Origin: Octopus sinensis
Lineage: Eukaryota
DNA length: 64,000 nucleotides
Assembly: GCF_006345805.1 (NCBI RefSeq)
Contig: NC_043024.1
Span: 19,964,001 to 20,028,000, forward strand
Direction: 5' to 3'
Positions within the stretch are counted from its first letter, which is position 1; every line of letters begins with the position of its first letter. Below the pieces are notes generated by a model, which ran no database searches, was not told the DNA's origin, and worked only from the letters and a program-made list of their open reading frames with translations. Below are positions 24,898 to 37,035 of this stretch, piece by piece. Both the position numbers and the translations under genes were made by a program.

Positions 24898-25050
24898 TTT
24901 CTCTCCCTGTTTTGTCTGTGCCCCTTTCTGTAGAAGAGCGTATGCTCGAAACGTAAAAGACTTTTTCTATTCCTGAGCGTTATACTAATACATCTGTTTG
25001 TTTTATACACCACCTTTCTCGTCTTTTGTTTTTTTCGTAAACTCTCCCTA
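24898..25050 (+). mobile_element. Penelope-like terminus with minimal HHR variant (24924-24959)
   Basis: CUUU-CUGUAGA-A-GAGC-GUAU-GCUC-GAAA-CGUA-AAAG; tail ends ...ACTCTCCCTA at (TA)n. Confidence 0.65.
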
Positions 25051-25058
25051 TATATAAT

Positions 25059-25099
<41 letters not shown>

Positions 25100-25157
25100 A
25101 TATATATATATATAATATAAATATATAATATATATATGTATGTATATATATATATAG

Positions 25158-25196
<39 letters not shown>

Positions 25197-25764
25197 TAAG
25201 ATGAGATTTATGATACAGATAAGGACCGATTCAGTGTACTTTTATGAAGAATTAGATATCTATAACATATGTGGACCCATGATATTTAATATATAATGAA
25301 AGTTAAAATACAGCCTTCTACAAATATATGTCTGTATATATACATACAAACGTACACATAAGCATGTGTATATATATATATTAGAAATAAAAATATAGAG
25401 ATAGATAGATAGATAGATAGATAGATATATAGAGGCTTATATATGCATGGGTGTATGTGTATGTATATATATACTTATATAATGTATATATATAAATATA
25501 TATATATGTAATATGTAAGGTATATATACATTTAGACATATATACATATATTCCAATACATATATATATGCATATGTATATATATAACTAGAAATATATA
25601 TATGTATATATATATATTTATATGTATATAATTTTCATTCGCTCCTGTTTAATTAAGTCTCATTTGCTGTAAGTCTAATTAGATAATTAGTGTAGTGTTT
25701 TGTTATACTTTTCTAACCCACCTTCTTTCGTATATAATACAATAGATATATCTATCTACCTATA

Positions 25765-26357
25765 TTTTTAATTTTCTCCTGGTTTGCGGAATTAATGTTA
25801 TTTTGCGGTTGAAGCTTTGGCTGTTATTTCTAGTGGGTGAATGGCCTATTATGGCCGTTCCTTGATTGTTGATGTTGAACTTATAAATGGTCTATGACTA
25901 TTTAATTTTTTCCCACTAGGCCGCTGGTGGCAAAAAATTCTACAAAATTTTTGCCACCCTATATTGATTAATTATGAATTTTCTGGTTGATTCCCGTATG
26001 GAATCGGCGGCTTATATTATTTGCTGCCGATAAATTTGGCGCGAGTGCGATGATTTGAAAATTTTAGGTCAGATATTGCCGAGGCAGGGACAGAAATGCC
26101 TCGTGAAAATATCTTTCCGATCTGGCTATTTCTTACTGACGAATCTAAGGGCCTATGGAAGATTGGCTTGATTTAATTAATCAGGTTAGTTTACCATTAA
26201 ACAGTAGATGAAACGGTGCATCGTATAAGAAATTACAGGGTTAATGTTTTTTAATTTTCTCCTGGTTTGCGGAATTAATGTTATTTTGCGGTTGAAGCTT
26301 TGGCTGTTGTATTTCTAGTGGGTGAATGGCCTATTATGGCCGTTCCTTGATGTTGAT
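25765..26357 (+). mobile_element. Retrozyme-like / Penelope-derived non-coding element: ~483-bp unit in partial tandem
   Basis: Direct repeats 25765-25873 and 26248-26357; complete HHR at 26128-26233; many hairpins; no ORF in the track. Confidence 0.75.
26128..26233 (+). ncRNA. Type I hammerhead ribozyme with branched stem II insertion
   Basis: Perfect 8-bp stem I AUUUCUUA/UAAGAAAU, CUGACGA (26136-26142), stem II AUCUA/UAGAU, GAAA (26210-26213), stem III CGG-UGCA-UCG, GUA triplet with cleavage after 26225. Confidence 0.9.
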
Positions 26358-26367
26358 ATATATATAT

Positions 26368-26412
<45 letters not shown>

Positions 26413-26429
26413 CACTTAGATAGATAGAT

Positions 26430-26458
26430 AAGAGTTATAGAGACATACACAGATAGAT

Positions 26459-26536
<78 letters not shown>

Positions 26537-26560
26537 GTAGATAGATACAGGTAGATACAT
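26430..26560. repeat. (TAGA)n microsatellite
   Basis: Direct reading; similar arrays at 28085-28340, 42590-42750, 56490-56790, 57440-57495, 57670-57745. Confidence 0.95.
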
Positions 26561-26912
26561 GTATATATGTGTATGTATATGTATCGATACGTATATGTAT
26601 AAGTATACTGATATGAAAATGTATGTTTCTGTATGTATGCGTGCGTGTATTTATCAATACGTATGCATATTTAATTGTAATTTTTGATTACTGAGTATCG
26701 CAGATTATTAATGGTAATTACCTCATTGCTCTTAAAATATGAATATGTAAGGATATTTTGCAAAGACAATTATTTACTATAGGCGGGGTGGCCGAGTGTA
26801 GAACGTGTAAAATATTAAAATACTGTGCCCTCCCCCACAAAAAATTCACAAAAACATAAATTCGAATATAAAGTTACAATGGTGGCTAGAAAATATTGGC
26901 AATGATAATGAC

Positions 26913-26945
<33 letters not shown>

Positions 26946-27021
26946 AGTGTAGATGATGATGATGGTGTAGATGATGATGATTGTGTAGATGATGATGATT
27001 ATGAGGATGGTGATGATGATG

Positions 27022-27054
<33 letters not shown>

Positions 27055-27093
27055 TGATAATAATAATATAATAATAATGATAATAATAATAGT

Positions 27094-27145
<52 letters not shown>

Positions 27146-27162
27146 ATATAATAATAATGATG

Positions 27163-27648
27163 ATGTACATTTTATCTTGATATGAAAGATGGGCTAGAGC
27201 AAATATTCTGCTCAATACCACAGATTTGCTTGTCAGTTGTTTGACCTTAACCAGTTGAGCATGTCCCTAAGTGGCTTACAATATGTGCATCTCTGATCAC
27301 GAGCAGAAGTAGTGGGGGAGCATCATAGCCATGTGTTGAGAGGGATTCTTTTGGGTTTGGATAATTCACCTTTGGAAACATGGGTGTTTCGTTCATCATT
27401 CTTAAATAACCCTTATTCAGGGACCTTTAGAGCGGGATGGACTACTCAACCTGAAGAAAATTCTAACTGGGCCCCACCTGCAAAGTCATGTGCCGTTTAT
27501 CTTGATATGAGATCACCATGTCACGCACATATGGTTGTGATGCATGTGCCTGGTGTAACCTTATCAGACGGGTAGTCATGATGGGTATATTGGGCTTCGT
27601 ATATTTTATCCCAGTGTCACTTTGATGGCATACACTGCTCTCTCACTC
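27163..27648 (+). mobile_element. Family F repeat, 5'-truncated copy
   Basis: Homologous to about 12240-12722; (AAT)n tail. Confidence 0.8.
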
Positions 27649-28134
27649 AATAATAATAATAATAATGATAATAATAATGATAATAATAAAAATAAGAAGA
27701 AGAACAATAATAATAACAATACTACTACTCCTACTACTACTACTAATAATAATAATAATAATAGTAATAATAATAATAATAGTAATAATAACAATAATAA
27801 GAAGACATCGAATTGAAAGCAGTAGTAGTAGTAGTAGTCAAATATGAAGAAGAAGAAGAAGAAGAAGAAGAAGAAGAAGAAGAAGGAGGAGGAGGAGAAG
27901 AAGAAGAAGAAGAAGAAGAAGAAGAAGAAGAAGAAGAAGAAGAAGAAGAAGAAAAGAAGAGGCAAAGGAATTTGGTTAAGTTGAAAAATAAATTCCAGAT
28001 AAAAAGGATCTTTGAGAACGATGCCAATAATTATGAAGATGAGTGAGATAATGAGATTTTATTCTTTTTACACTCACACATATACCAGATGAGTAAGGAT
28101 AGATAGCCATATTGATGGATAGATGGATAGATAC

Positions 28135-28195
<61 letters not shown>

Positions 28196-28204
28196 TAGAC
28201 AGAC

Positions 28205-28332
<128 letters not shown>

Positions 28333-28818
28333 CAGACAGACGTCAAGGAATGTCTTGCGGACTAGATAAGTCTTTGAAGTTCTGCGTGATGCAGATGTAC
28401 GTCAGATATTGTCGATTACAATACACCTCGACATACCCATACACACACAGCTAGAAAAGCCACGCATACAGGCACACAACTCGCGCATATACACACAGAT
28501 ATATATGCAACTGTTATTAATATACGTTTTATACATACATATATATATAAATATATACATATATATATATATATATACCTTCTAAACGTAGAGTAGATGA
28601 AACCAATAGCGACTGAAGAAGGGTTTTTTTCTTTGTGTTAATTTGTCCTGTACTCTTTTTTCTTGTTGTTTAAAAAAATGTCCAGTTCCTTTGGTTTGTG
28701 TCTATGTTTTCGTTTCTCATTGTGTTCGACGTCCCTTTTGGTGTCCTGTACTCATATACGCGTGTATATGTACATGTAGAGGTAGGTACGTACATATATG
28801 TTTATATATATGCATATT

Positions 28819-28849
<31 letters not shown>

Positions 28850-28959
28850 AACCTTTGAACTTTGCGTAAAACTGTTATTCTTATCATTATTTTATTTTTA
28901 TACTTTCTAAACTTTTCTCTATTTTCTGGTCTCCCCTCGTGTATGACCTTTTTGTCTGG

Positions 28960-29585
28960 CAGACGCCATGATAGATCGTTAGCCACTAAACATGTTTTTT
29001 TTTTCTCTCCTGTTTCTCAACTTGTTTTTTCTACGTCCCTTTCTGTCGAAGAACGTAGTCTCGAAAGTAAAATACTTTTTCTATTCCTGAGCCTTATACA
29101 GCAGGAGTGGCTGTGTGGTAAGTAGCTTACTAACCAGCAACATGGTCCCGGGTTCAGTCCCACTGCGTGGCACCTTGGGCAGTTGTCTTCTGCTGTAGCC
29201 CCGGGCCGACCAATGCCTTGTGAGTGGATTTGGTAGACGGAAACTGAAAGAAGCCTGTCGTATATATGTATATATGTATATATATATATGTATGTGTGTG
29301 TATATGTTTGTGTGTCTGTGTTTGTCCCCCTAACATTGCTTGACAACCGATGCTGGTGTGTTTACGTCCCCGTCACTTAGCGGTTCGGCAAAAGAGACCG
29401 ATAGAATAAGTACTGGGCTTACAAAGAATAAGTCCCAGGGTCGATTTGCTCGACTAAAGGCGGTGCTCCAGCATGGCTGCAGTCAAATGACTGAAACAAA
29501 TAAAAGAGAGTAAAGAGTATACTAATACATTTGTTTGTTTTGTACACTACCTGCCTTCGTCTTTTCTTTCGAAAAACTCTTCCTA
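28960..29585 (+). mobile_element. Penelope-like terminus (same family as 24898) split by SINE A
   Basis: CTGTCGAAGAACGTAGTCTCGAAAGTAAAA...CCTGAGCCTTATAC, SINE, then TATACTAATACATTTG...AAACTCTTCCTA. Confidence 0.65.
29100..29518 (+). mobile_element. SINE family A
   Basis: Full copy, possible TATAC TSD. Confidence 0.9.
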
Positions 29586-30190
29586 TTTATGTATTTCGTT
29601 TTGGGATTTGGTTGAAAAGGTTGCAAGACGCAACGAAAATTTTAGTGAAATAAAGAAATGAGTGTGTTAAATTAATAAGGCACTAAAATGGAATGACTCT
29701 CGCCAGACAGTAAAATATGCTTCTAAAAACGGATTCACATAGAGAATCTTGCAAACCAAATTCAAGGCAAAATACGCAGACATAGACACACACACACACA
29801 CACACACATACATACACATACACACATATATATAATATATATATAAATGTTGGATAGGATTTCATTATTTGTGTATTGAGGTTGATCTTCGTCACCATTT
29901 GGCATAAAAAAGATAAAAGGTAAAAGACATGTATATCCGGAAATGTCACCCACTGGGAACGAAGCTGGGAACATGTGGTTGAGAGGCAAATATATATATA
30001 CTCATGAATGTGTATCTATGGGAGACAAACTATGAAATACATACATACATACATATATATATATATAATAATAAGAGTAAATAATTTCTATAAAGGCTTT
30101 TAAAAAAACCCCAATTATTTACTGGTAGAATTCGGTATGTAAATATAGCCGATTACCGGCAGGAACTTCTGTAAAGTTCAGTATATATTG

Positions 30191-30794
30191 TATATAAGAA
30201 AAGGGACAGAGCAAACAAGTTTTGACCGCATATCGAAAAAATAGAAATAGCAGTCAAGAATGCTTATTCTATCAAATTTGGACTCCGGCATGGACAAACC
30301 CTGCAATTCACATATGCAAAACAGAAGGATAGATAACGAATACGAGTCTGGCGGTTATCTGTGAACATCATGTTTTCTGGATTATAAACATATTGAATAT
30401 ATATTCCATATATATTTTTGATATATATTACTATACATTGCATATATATTTCCACATCCTTCTTCAGCACAGCTTTCCATTGAAAATATTTATCATAGAT
30501 TTATCAAATACTACGTACCTCAAACCCATCAACCTTCTGACCATACGACATCAAAATATTTGAAGAAAGTGAGCAAAAGCTAAACCTACATAGACGTTTG
30601 AATTCGTAATCTTCCCTCAAAATTTTGCCATGCGCATTACAAAATAGTTCCATAAGATGGGGAACAATTAGGTTGTCATAAGGGAGTGAAAAATCCAAAT
30701 AGTAATATAATAATAGAGTAAATAATAAGCATTCTTGACTGCTATTTCTATTTTTTCGGTATGCGGTCAAGCAACCTGTTTGCCTGTCCCTTTT

Positions 30795-30802
<8 letters not shown>
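30191..30802. repeat. Element bounded by ~79-bp inverted repeats, with HHR relic in the left arm (30359-30472, minus)
   Basis: 30191-30268 versus 30724-30802; minus strand CUGUG-CUGAAGA-AGGAU...AUCCA-GAAAAC-AUGAU-GUU-CACAG. Confidence 0.75.
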
Positions 30803-30837
<35 letters not shown>

Positions 30838-30943
30838 ATATACCGGAGTAACACATAAATGTGAAAAAGGTGGAAAAAAGAGTCTCAAATACCAGTGGTA
30901 GAGTAATATGCTTTATTTAAAGCAGCAGAAAATTCAACAAAAT

Positions 30944-30981
30944 CTGTTACTCTGAGTTTCTCGTTGCCGTTCATCAGACAG
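30944..30981 (-). ncRNA. Minimal type I hammerhead ribozyme
   Basis: CUGU-CUGAUGA-ACGGCAACGA-GAAA-CUCAGAG-UA-ACAG. Confidence 0.75.
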
Positions 30982-31056
30982 TTTTTTGCTAGAATGGACC
31001 GATATATCTATTCAATCCGGATTGAATTGATATATCGGTTTCCATTCTAGCAAAAA

Positions 31057-31094
31057 CTGTCTGATGAACGGCAACGAGAAACTCAGAGTAACAG
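31057..31094 (+). ncRNA. Minimal type I hammerhead ribozyme
   Basis: Mirror of 30944-30981; GUA triplet at 31088-31090. Confidence 0.75.
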
Positions 31095-31134
31095 ATTTTG
31101 TTGAATTTTCTGCTGCTTTAAATAAAGTATATAT

Positions 31135-31345
31135 ATATAAAGTTATTCCAAACAAGAAAACACAACAACGCGAGGACGTGGAACAAATAAAGCATTATTG
31201 GACGCTCAGGAAAGAAGGGAAGAAGGAGGGTTTAACGTTTTGAGCGGAGCTCTTCGTCGGAAACATAGGAGGAGGAAAGATCCAGAGAAGGGAAGACAGA
31301 GGGAAAAAATCGCTAACGGTACAAACGAGGTCACATTTTGAATAT
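31135..31345 (-). mobile_element. Penelope-like terminus with decayed minimal HHR (31230-31264)
   Basis: GUUU-CCGACGA-A-GAGC-UCC-GCUC-AAAA-CGUU-AAAC; two core substitutions. Confidence 0.55.
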
Positions 31346-31914
31346 ATATATGCTGTAAAAGATAATATGTACAGCTACGTGTTTACACTCACAGTCGCAT
31401 CATGTATATATAGAAGAACGTACAACACTTTCAATGTTGTGATTAGTGAAAGCGAAACCGGTTGACAACCACGATATTAAATACATTTGAAAATTTATTT
31501 AAACTATACGTGTACGTTTTCCTTCTTTTATTTTATGTCTCCTTTGCATTAGAATCCACCACGTTGGGATAATCGAAATTCCTCCATTTTTCTTACTACA
31601 TATGTTTGTGTGTATACGTATGCATGTATGTATATGTGTGCGTGTGTATTTAAAATTTCTATATGAGAATGAGATAATTTGACTCCGATGTGCCTTTTTT
31701 CGTTGAATTGTTGTCCCTCAGATCTCTCCAAATCATTCCTTGTATTCCCTCAGGAATAATGCCATAGCACCGGCAACCTTTTTAATAGTCATATACTATT
31801 GCACTCCAAATGATACAGCATCTAACTCCCACTTCGACGAACCTAAAATGAAATATGTCTATAGAGACATACATATTGATACATACATATGTACACATGA
31901 AAACCTACATATAT

Positions 31915-32321
31915 CTCTCTTTTACTCTTTTACTTGTTTCAGTCATTTGACTGCAGCCATGCTGGAGCACCGCCTTTAATCGAGCAACTCGACCACGGGA
32001 CTTATTCGTTTGTAAGGCCAGTACTTATTCTATCGGTCTCTTTTGCCGAACCGCTAAGTGACGGGGACGTAAACACACCAGCATCGGTTGTGAAGCATTG
32101 TTAGGGGGACAAGCACAGACACAGAGACACACACACGAATATATATAAAAATAGATATATATACGACGGGCTTCTTTCAGTTTCCGCCTACCAAATCCAC
32201 TCACAAGGATTTGGTCGGCCCGAGGCTATAGTAGAAGACACCTGCCCAAGGTGCCACGCAGTAGGACTGAACCCGGAACCATGTGGTTTTTAAACAAACT
32301 ACTTACCACGCAGCCACTCCT
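31915..32321 (-). mobile_element. SINE family A
   Basis: Full copy. Confidence 0.9.
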
Positions 32322-32633
32322 ACATATGTGTGTGTGCGTGTTTGTGCACGCGTGTGTGTGTTTTTTTAATGTAAGTATATACTAGTGTAGCAGGAGTCGG
32401 TTGTGTGATTATTGTTATACATAAATACTTATTTTAACATTTATGTTCCAACATATAACCAAGGCAGAAAAAACATAAAAAAGTTTGTGATTGATTTTCT
32501 GAAATCTCATACAGATTGTACATACATTTTTATCGCTAATTCTCGTTTACGTTAAAGCTGTTTTTTCGTTCTTCTCCATTATTATTAGCAGTATTACCAT
32601 CGTCATCAACATCATCATCTCATCATCATCATG

Positions 32634-32666
<33 letters not shown>

Positions 32667-32797
32667 GTTATTATTGTTTTCATTATTATTAATATTATTA
32701 TTATTATCATTATTATTATTATTATATTATTATCATTATTATCATTATCATTATTATCTTTATCATTATTATCATTATTATTATTATTATCACCGTC

Positions 32798-32829
<32 letters not shown>

Positions 32830-32831
32830 CA

Positions 32832-32871
<40 letters not shown>

Positions 32872-32926
32872 CATTATTATCATTATCATTATTATCTTTA
32901 TCATTATTATCATTATTATCACCGTC

Positions 32927-32965
<39 letters not shown>

Positions 32966-33771
32966 GTTATTATTATTGTTATTGTTGTTGTTTTTGTTGT
33001 AGTCACCGTTGTTGCTTTTGTTGTAATTATTTTTAAGATGTTCAAGTACAATTTTATTTGGTTTGTTTCGTATAATTCTTTCTTTATATTTACACTTATT
33101 ATTTTTTTTTTGTAATTTCGTAGATGAGAATTATATTTATGAAATACTAATTAAAACAAAAGAACAAAGCCTAGAAAGAAAAATTTAAGAGTTACGATAC
33201 ACTATAAAAATTCTACATTATTAAACATAGAAGGAAGAAATAAAATTTCGTTGAATAATTAGAAAAAAAATTCGGAGAAAAATAAAATAACACGTAAAAA
33301 GTTTTTTACCTCCCTGTATCGAATTTTAGGATGAAATTCTATTTACCTAATTTATCAATTTTAATCATCATTAAAATTCTATCTTCTTTGTATTACTAAA
33401 TTTTCACACGTTTCTATATTTCCGTTCGTTTTTAAATTTTTTCAGTTTTCTGTTTTTTGTTGCAGTCTTATGTGATTTGAACATTTTGTTTTCCAATCAA
33501 TGCATCATATGAATATATGTACGTATGTATGTATTTATGTATGTATATATGCATATATACTTACATATGCTTACACATGCGAGTATATAAATACGTGAAT
33601 ATTTATCTATATGTATCCGCTTGATACGTATGCATGTTATATGTAAATACGTATATATATAAATATATATATATTTTATGCTTATACACATTCATGTATA
33701 TATATGGCAGTATATATATATATATGCAAAAATGTACTTGTGTATGTATGTTTATATATATATATAAAAAA

Positions 33772-34092
33772 GATTCCGTCGGTTACGACGACGAGGGTCC
33801 CAGCTGATACGATCAACGGAACGGCTTGCTCGTGAAATTAACGTGCAAGTGGCTGAGCATTCCACAGACACGTGTACCCTTAACGTAGTTCTCGGGGATA
33901 ATCAGCGTGACACAGAGAGTGACAAGGCTGACCCTTTGAAATACAATTACAACTCATTTTTGCCAGCTGAGTGGACTGGAGCAACGTGAAATAAAGTGTC
34001 TTGCTCAAGGACACAACGCGTCGCCGGGAATCGAACTCACAACCTTACGATCATGAGCCGAATGCCCTAACCACTAAGCCACGCGCCCTCAC
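33772..34092 (-). mobile_element. tRNA-derived SINE, family D
   Basis: A box TGGCTTAGTGG, B box GAGTTCGATTCC, CORE-like GTGTCCTTGAGCAAGACACTT; 3' ~150 bp shared with family C. Confidence 0.85.
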
Positions 34093-34359
34093 TATATATA
34101 TATAACTCTACATATGGAATATCTCTTTATACACAAACACATACACACACACATATATATATACATATATATATATATGTAAATGTATATAAACGTATAT
34201 GTGTTTATGCATACATACACACACATAAATCAATATATATGTACGTTTTAGCCTGTAATTTTTAGCACAATCATCTTTTGGATTTGGAATTTATTATTAT
34301 TAACATTATTATTCATATTATTATTATTATTATTATCATTATCATCATCATCATTGTTG

Positions 34360-34394
<35 letters not shown>

Positions 34395-34396
<2 letters not shown>

Positions 34397-34706
34397 TTTT
34401 TTTTTTCTTCTTTCAAATTTTCTTCCATTTCTTGCCGAGTGTCTTCCTGACTCCTAGGGCAAAGAAACTCATAGTGTATATTGGTAGGCCATAAACCAAA
34501 CTCAGTAGTTCGTTAATTTTTTTTTTTTTTTTTTTTTAAAGTTAAATTAAGATGCATGAGCAGCACAGTTCTCACATCGACAATGCTCTTCTCAATACGT
34601 GTGATGTACCAGTTAAGCACAATCTTTTGCACCTCTTGCAGGATGGTAAGCCAGGGATCATTCTCATATAATTTTTGGTTCCCTTCTTGATCATTCCTAG
34701 TGCTCC

Positions 34707-34712
<6 letters not shown>
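34395..34712 (-). mobile_element. R4/Dong-like LINE 3' end with (TAA)n tail
   Basis: GALGMIKKGTKNYMRMIPGLPS-QEVQKIVL-GTSHVLRRALSM*; flanked by (TAA)n on both sides. Confidence 0.8.
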
Positions 34713-34788
<76 letters not shown>

Positions 34789-34810
34789 ATTATTATTATT
34801 ATTATTATTA

Positions 34811-34847
<37 letters not shown>

Positions 34848-34852
34848 GTTGT

Positions 34853-34929
<77 letters not shown>

Positions 34930-34947
34930 ATTATTATATTATTATTA

Positions 34948-35037
<90 letters not shown>

Positions 35038-35059
35038 TATTATTATTATTATTATTATC

Positions 35060-35484
35060 CCGTAGTCTTATTTTTTTTCACTTGCTTTCCCTGCACTGCC
35101 GAGCGCAGATTTGTGTGCCTTGGGTTTGTGCTGTGGTTTATTTGTGATGCTCGTTTTTTTATTGTATTGAATGTGTTTTACCTAGGCTGTGTGAAGTATT
35201 TAATAGTGCTAATTTCTGTATGTTAAATATATTTGTTAGCCCTGGTAATTTTCTTATGTATGTTTCTGAATATGTTTTCTATTGTATCTAATGTACCTAC
35301 TATGATAGTAATTGTTTCTGCTTTTACCTCGATTTAATTCTATTTCCACGTTTTTGCATATTGAAAGTTTCTTCGTTTCTTTTAGAGAAATATTTTCATC
35401 TTTTGATATTGATACATCAATTACAAAGCATTTTCCTGGATGATCTCTGACAACTATATCCGACTTCTTGGCCTTAATATACAA
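35060..35484 (-). mobile_element. R4/Dong-like LINE 3' fragment (RLE PD..D motif, decayed)
   Basis: KAKKSDIVVRDHPGKCFVIDVSISKDENISLKETKKLS; (TAA)n tail. Confidence 0.75.
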
Positions 35485-35962
35485 TAAACTTTATTGTCCA
35501 CAACGATCATTTAGACCCATGCTGCATTGATCCTTCGCGTATGGGATGCTGTACATCTGGTTTTTGGACATACCACGGTGTATACCATATTATAAGGAGT
35601 ATCTCAGAAAATAAAATCGGTTTATTCCTACGGTCACAAAAAATATTCTATATTAAAACCGAGCCTAACAGGGTTTATTTAACGAGACGCCCTTTATATC
35701 ATCGGCTGACAAGACACTTTTGCACCGACAGATGCAATACAACCAGTCACATGGTATTCAACTCGCATGGGTCGAAACGATCGTTGTGTGCGATAAGGAT
35801 TCACTTATATTATATTTCGGTCTCTATTACTTCTTACATAATCAGCGTACACTGAGGTAGATCCAGCAAAAAATGTGCGAAAACTATGGATGACATCAGG
35901 TCATCATGGTAAATGAACGTGCTTCATCCGCTCACACACACCCAATACTTAAAATTTTACCG

Positions 35963-36043
<81 letters not shown>

Positions 36044-36073
36044 ATATACACATATATATATATATTTATATAT

Positions 36074-36275
36074 ATATGCTTTATTTAAAAGCAGCAGGAA
36101 TTCAACAAAACCTGTTACTCGGAGTTTCAAACCGTCCGACGAACGGGAACGTGAATCTCCGAGTAACAGGTTTTGTTGAATTTCTGCTGGTTTTAAATAA
36201 AGCATATTACTCTACCCCTGGTATTTGAGTACTCTGTTTTCCATCTTGTCTCACATTTATGTGTTTACTCCGGTA
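36074..36275. repeat. Head-to-head terminal pair, same family as 30841-31127
   Basis: 36074-36129 versus 36152-36207; right arm continues to ...TACTCCGGTA; HHR core mutated (CCGACGA, GAAU). Confidence 0.85.
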
Positions 36276-36282
36276 TATATAT

Positions 36283-36325
<43 letters not shown>

Positions 36326-36851
36326 CGTACTAGACTTATTGTTTTCTTGGTTTTTCTTCTCAATTAGATACTTCAAAGTAGTGTTCCACGAAGCTGGAGA
36401 GATTTAAAACACTTTCCTATGTATTAAGTGTGTATTAAGGGTTGATGGAGGGAACACCCATGCTAGGTATGGAAAAAACGTTCGTATTTTGAAGGGTACT
36501 GTAAATGATTTCTATCGAATTGTTAGTATCGAAGAATCTCAACAGGGAATCGGTGGTTTTTTTGTGCAAGAGACACTGCAAAAGGAAAAATATTGGTGGT
36601 GATCTGAGTCAGCGGGTATACTATACAGAGAAAAAAATTCAAGATTATCAATGGAGATTGTTATCAGGATAAAGGATATAAAAACTGTGCTATAAATTCG
36701 CCATATTGTCATACATCGATGAATATAGGGAGGCAGTTAGAATACATACAAAAGACCCAAATAAATCGAATCCATACACATACACACTCACGCACGCACA
36801 GGCACACACATGTGCACAGACACACTGGCATATATATACACATATATATAT

Positions 36852-36882
<31 letters not shown>

Positions 36883-36964
36883 CACATATATATATACATA
36901 TATATATGTATATATATATGCGTGTGTATATATATACATATATATATATATAATATATATATAT

Positions 36965-36986
36965 ATATGTATATATATGCACACAC

Positions 36987-37035
<49 letters not shown>

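Larger units (their letters stand above)
30841..31127. repeat. Spacer-less palindrome of two HHR-bearing termini
   Basis: 30911-31018 versus 31019-31127, centre TCC|GGA; left arm extends to 30841. Confidence 0.9.

Noticed and set aside
33990-34092. tRNA-like sequences with A and B boxes (also the SINE C/E heads)
   Set aside because: They continue into SINE bodies; not genuine tRNA genes.
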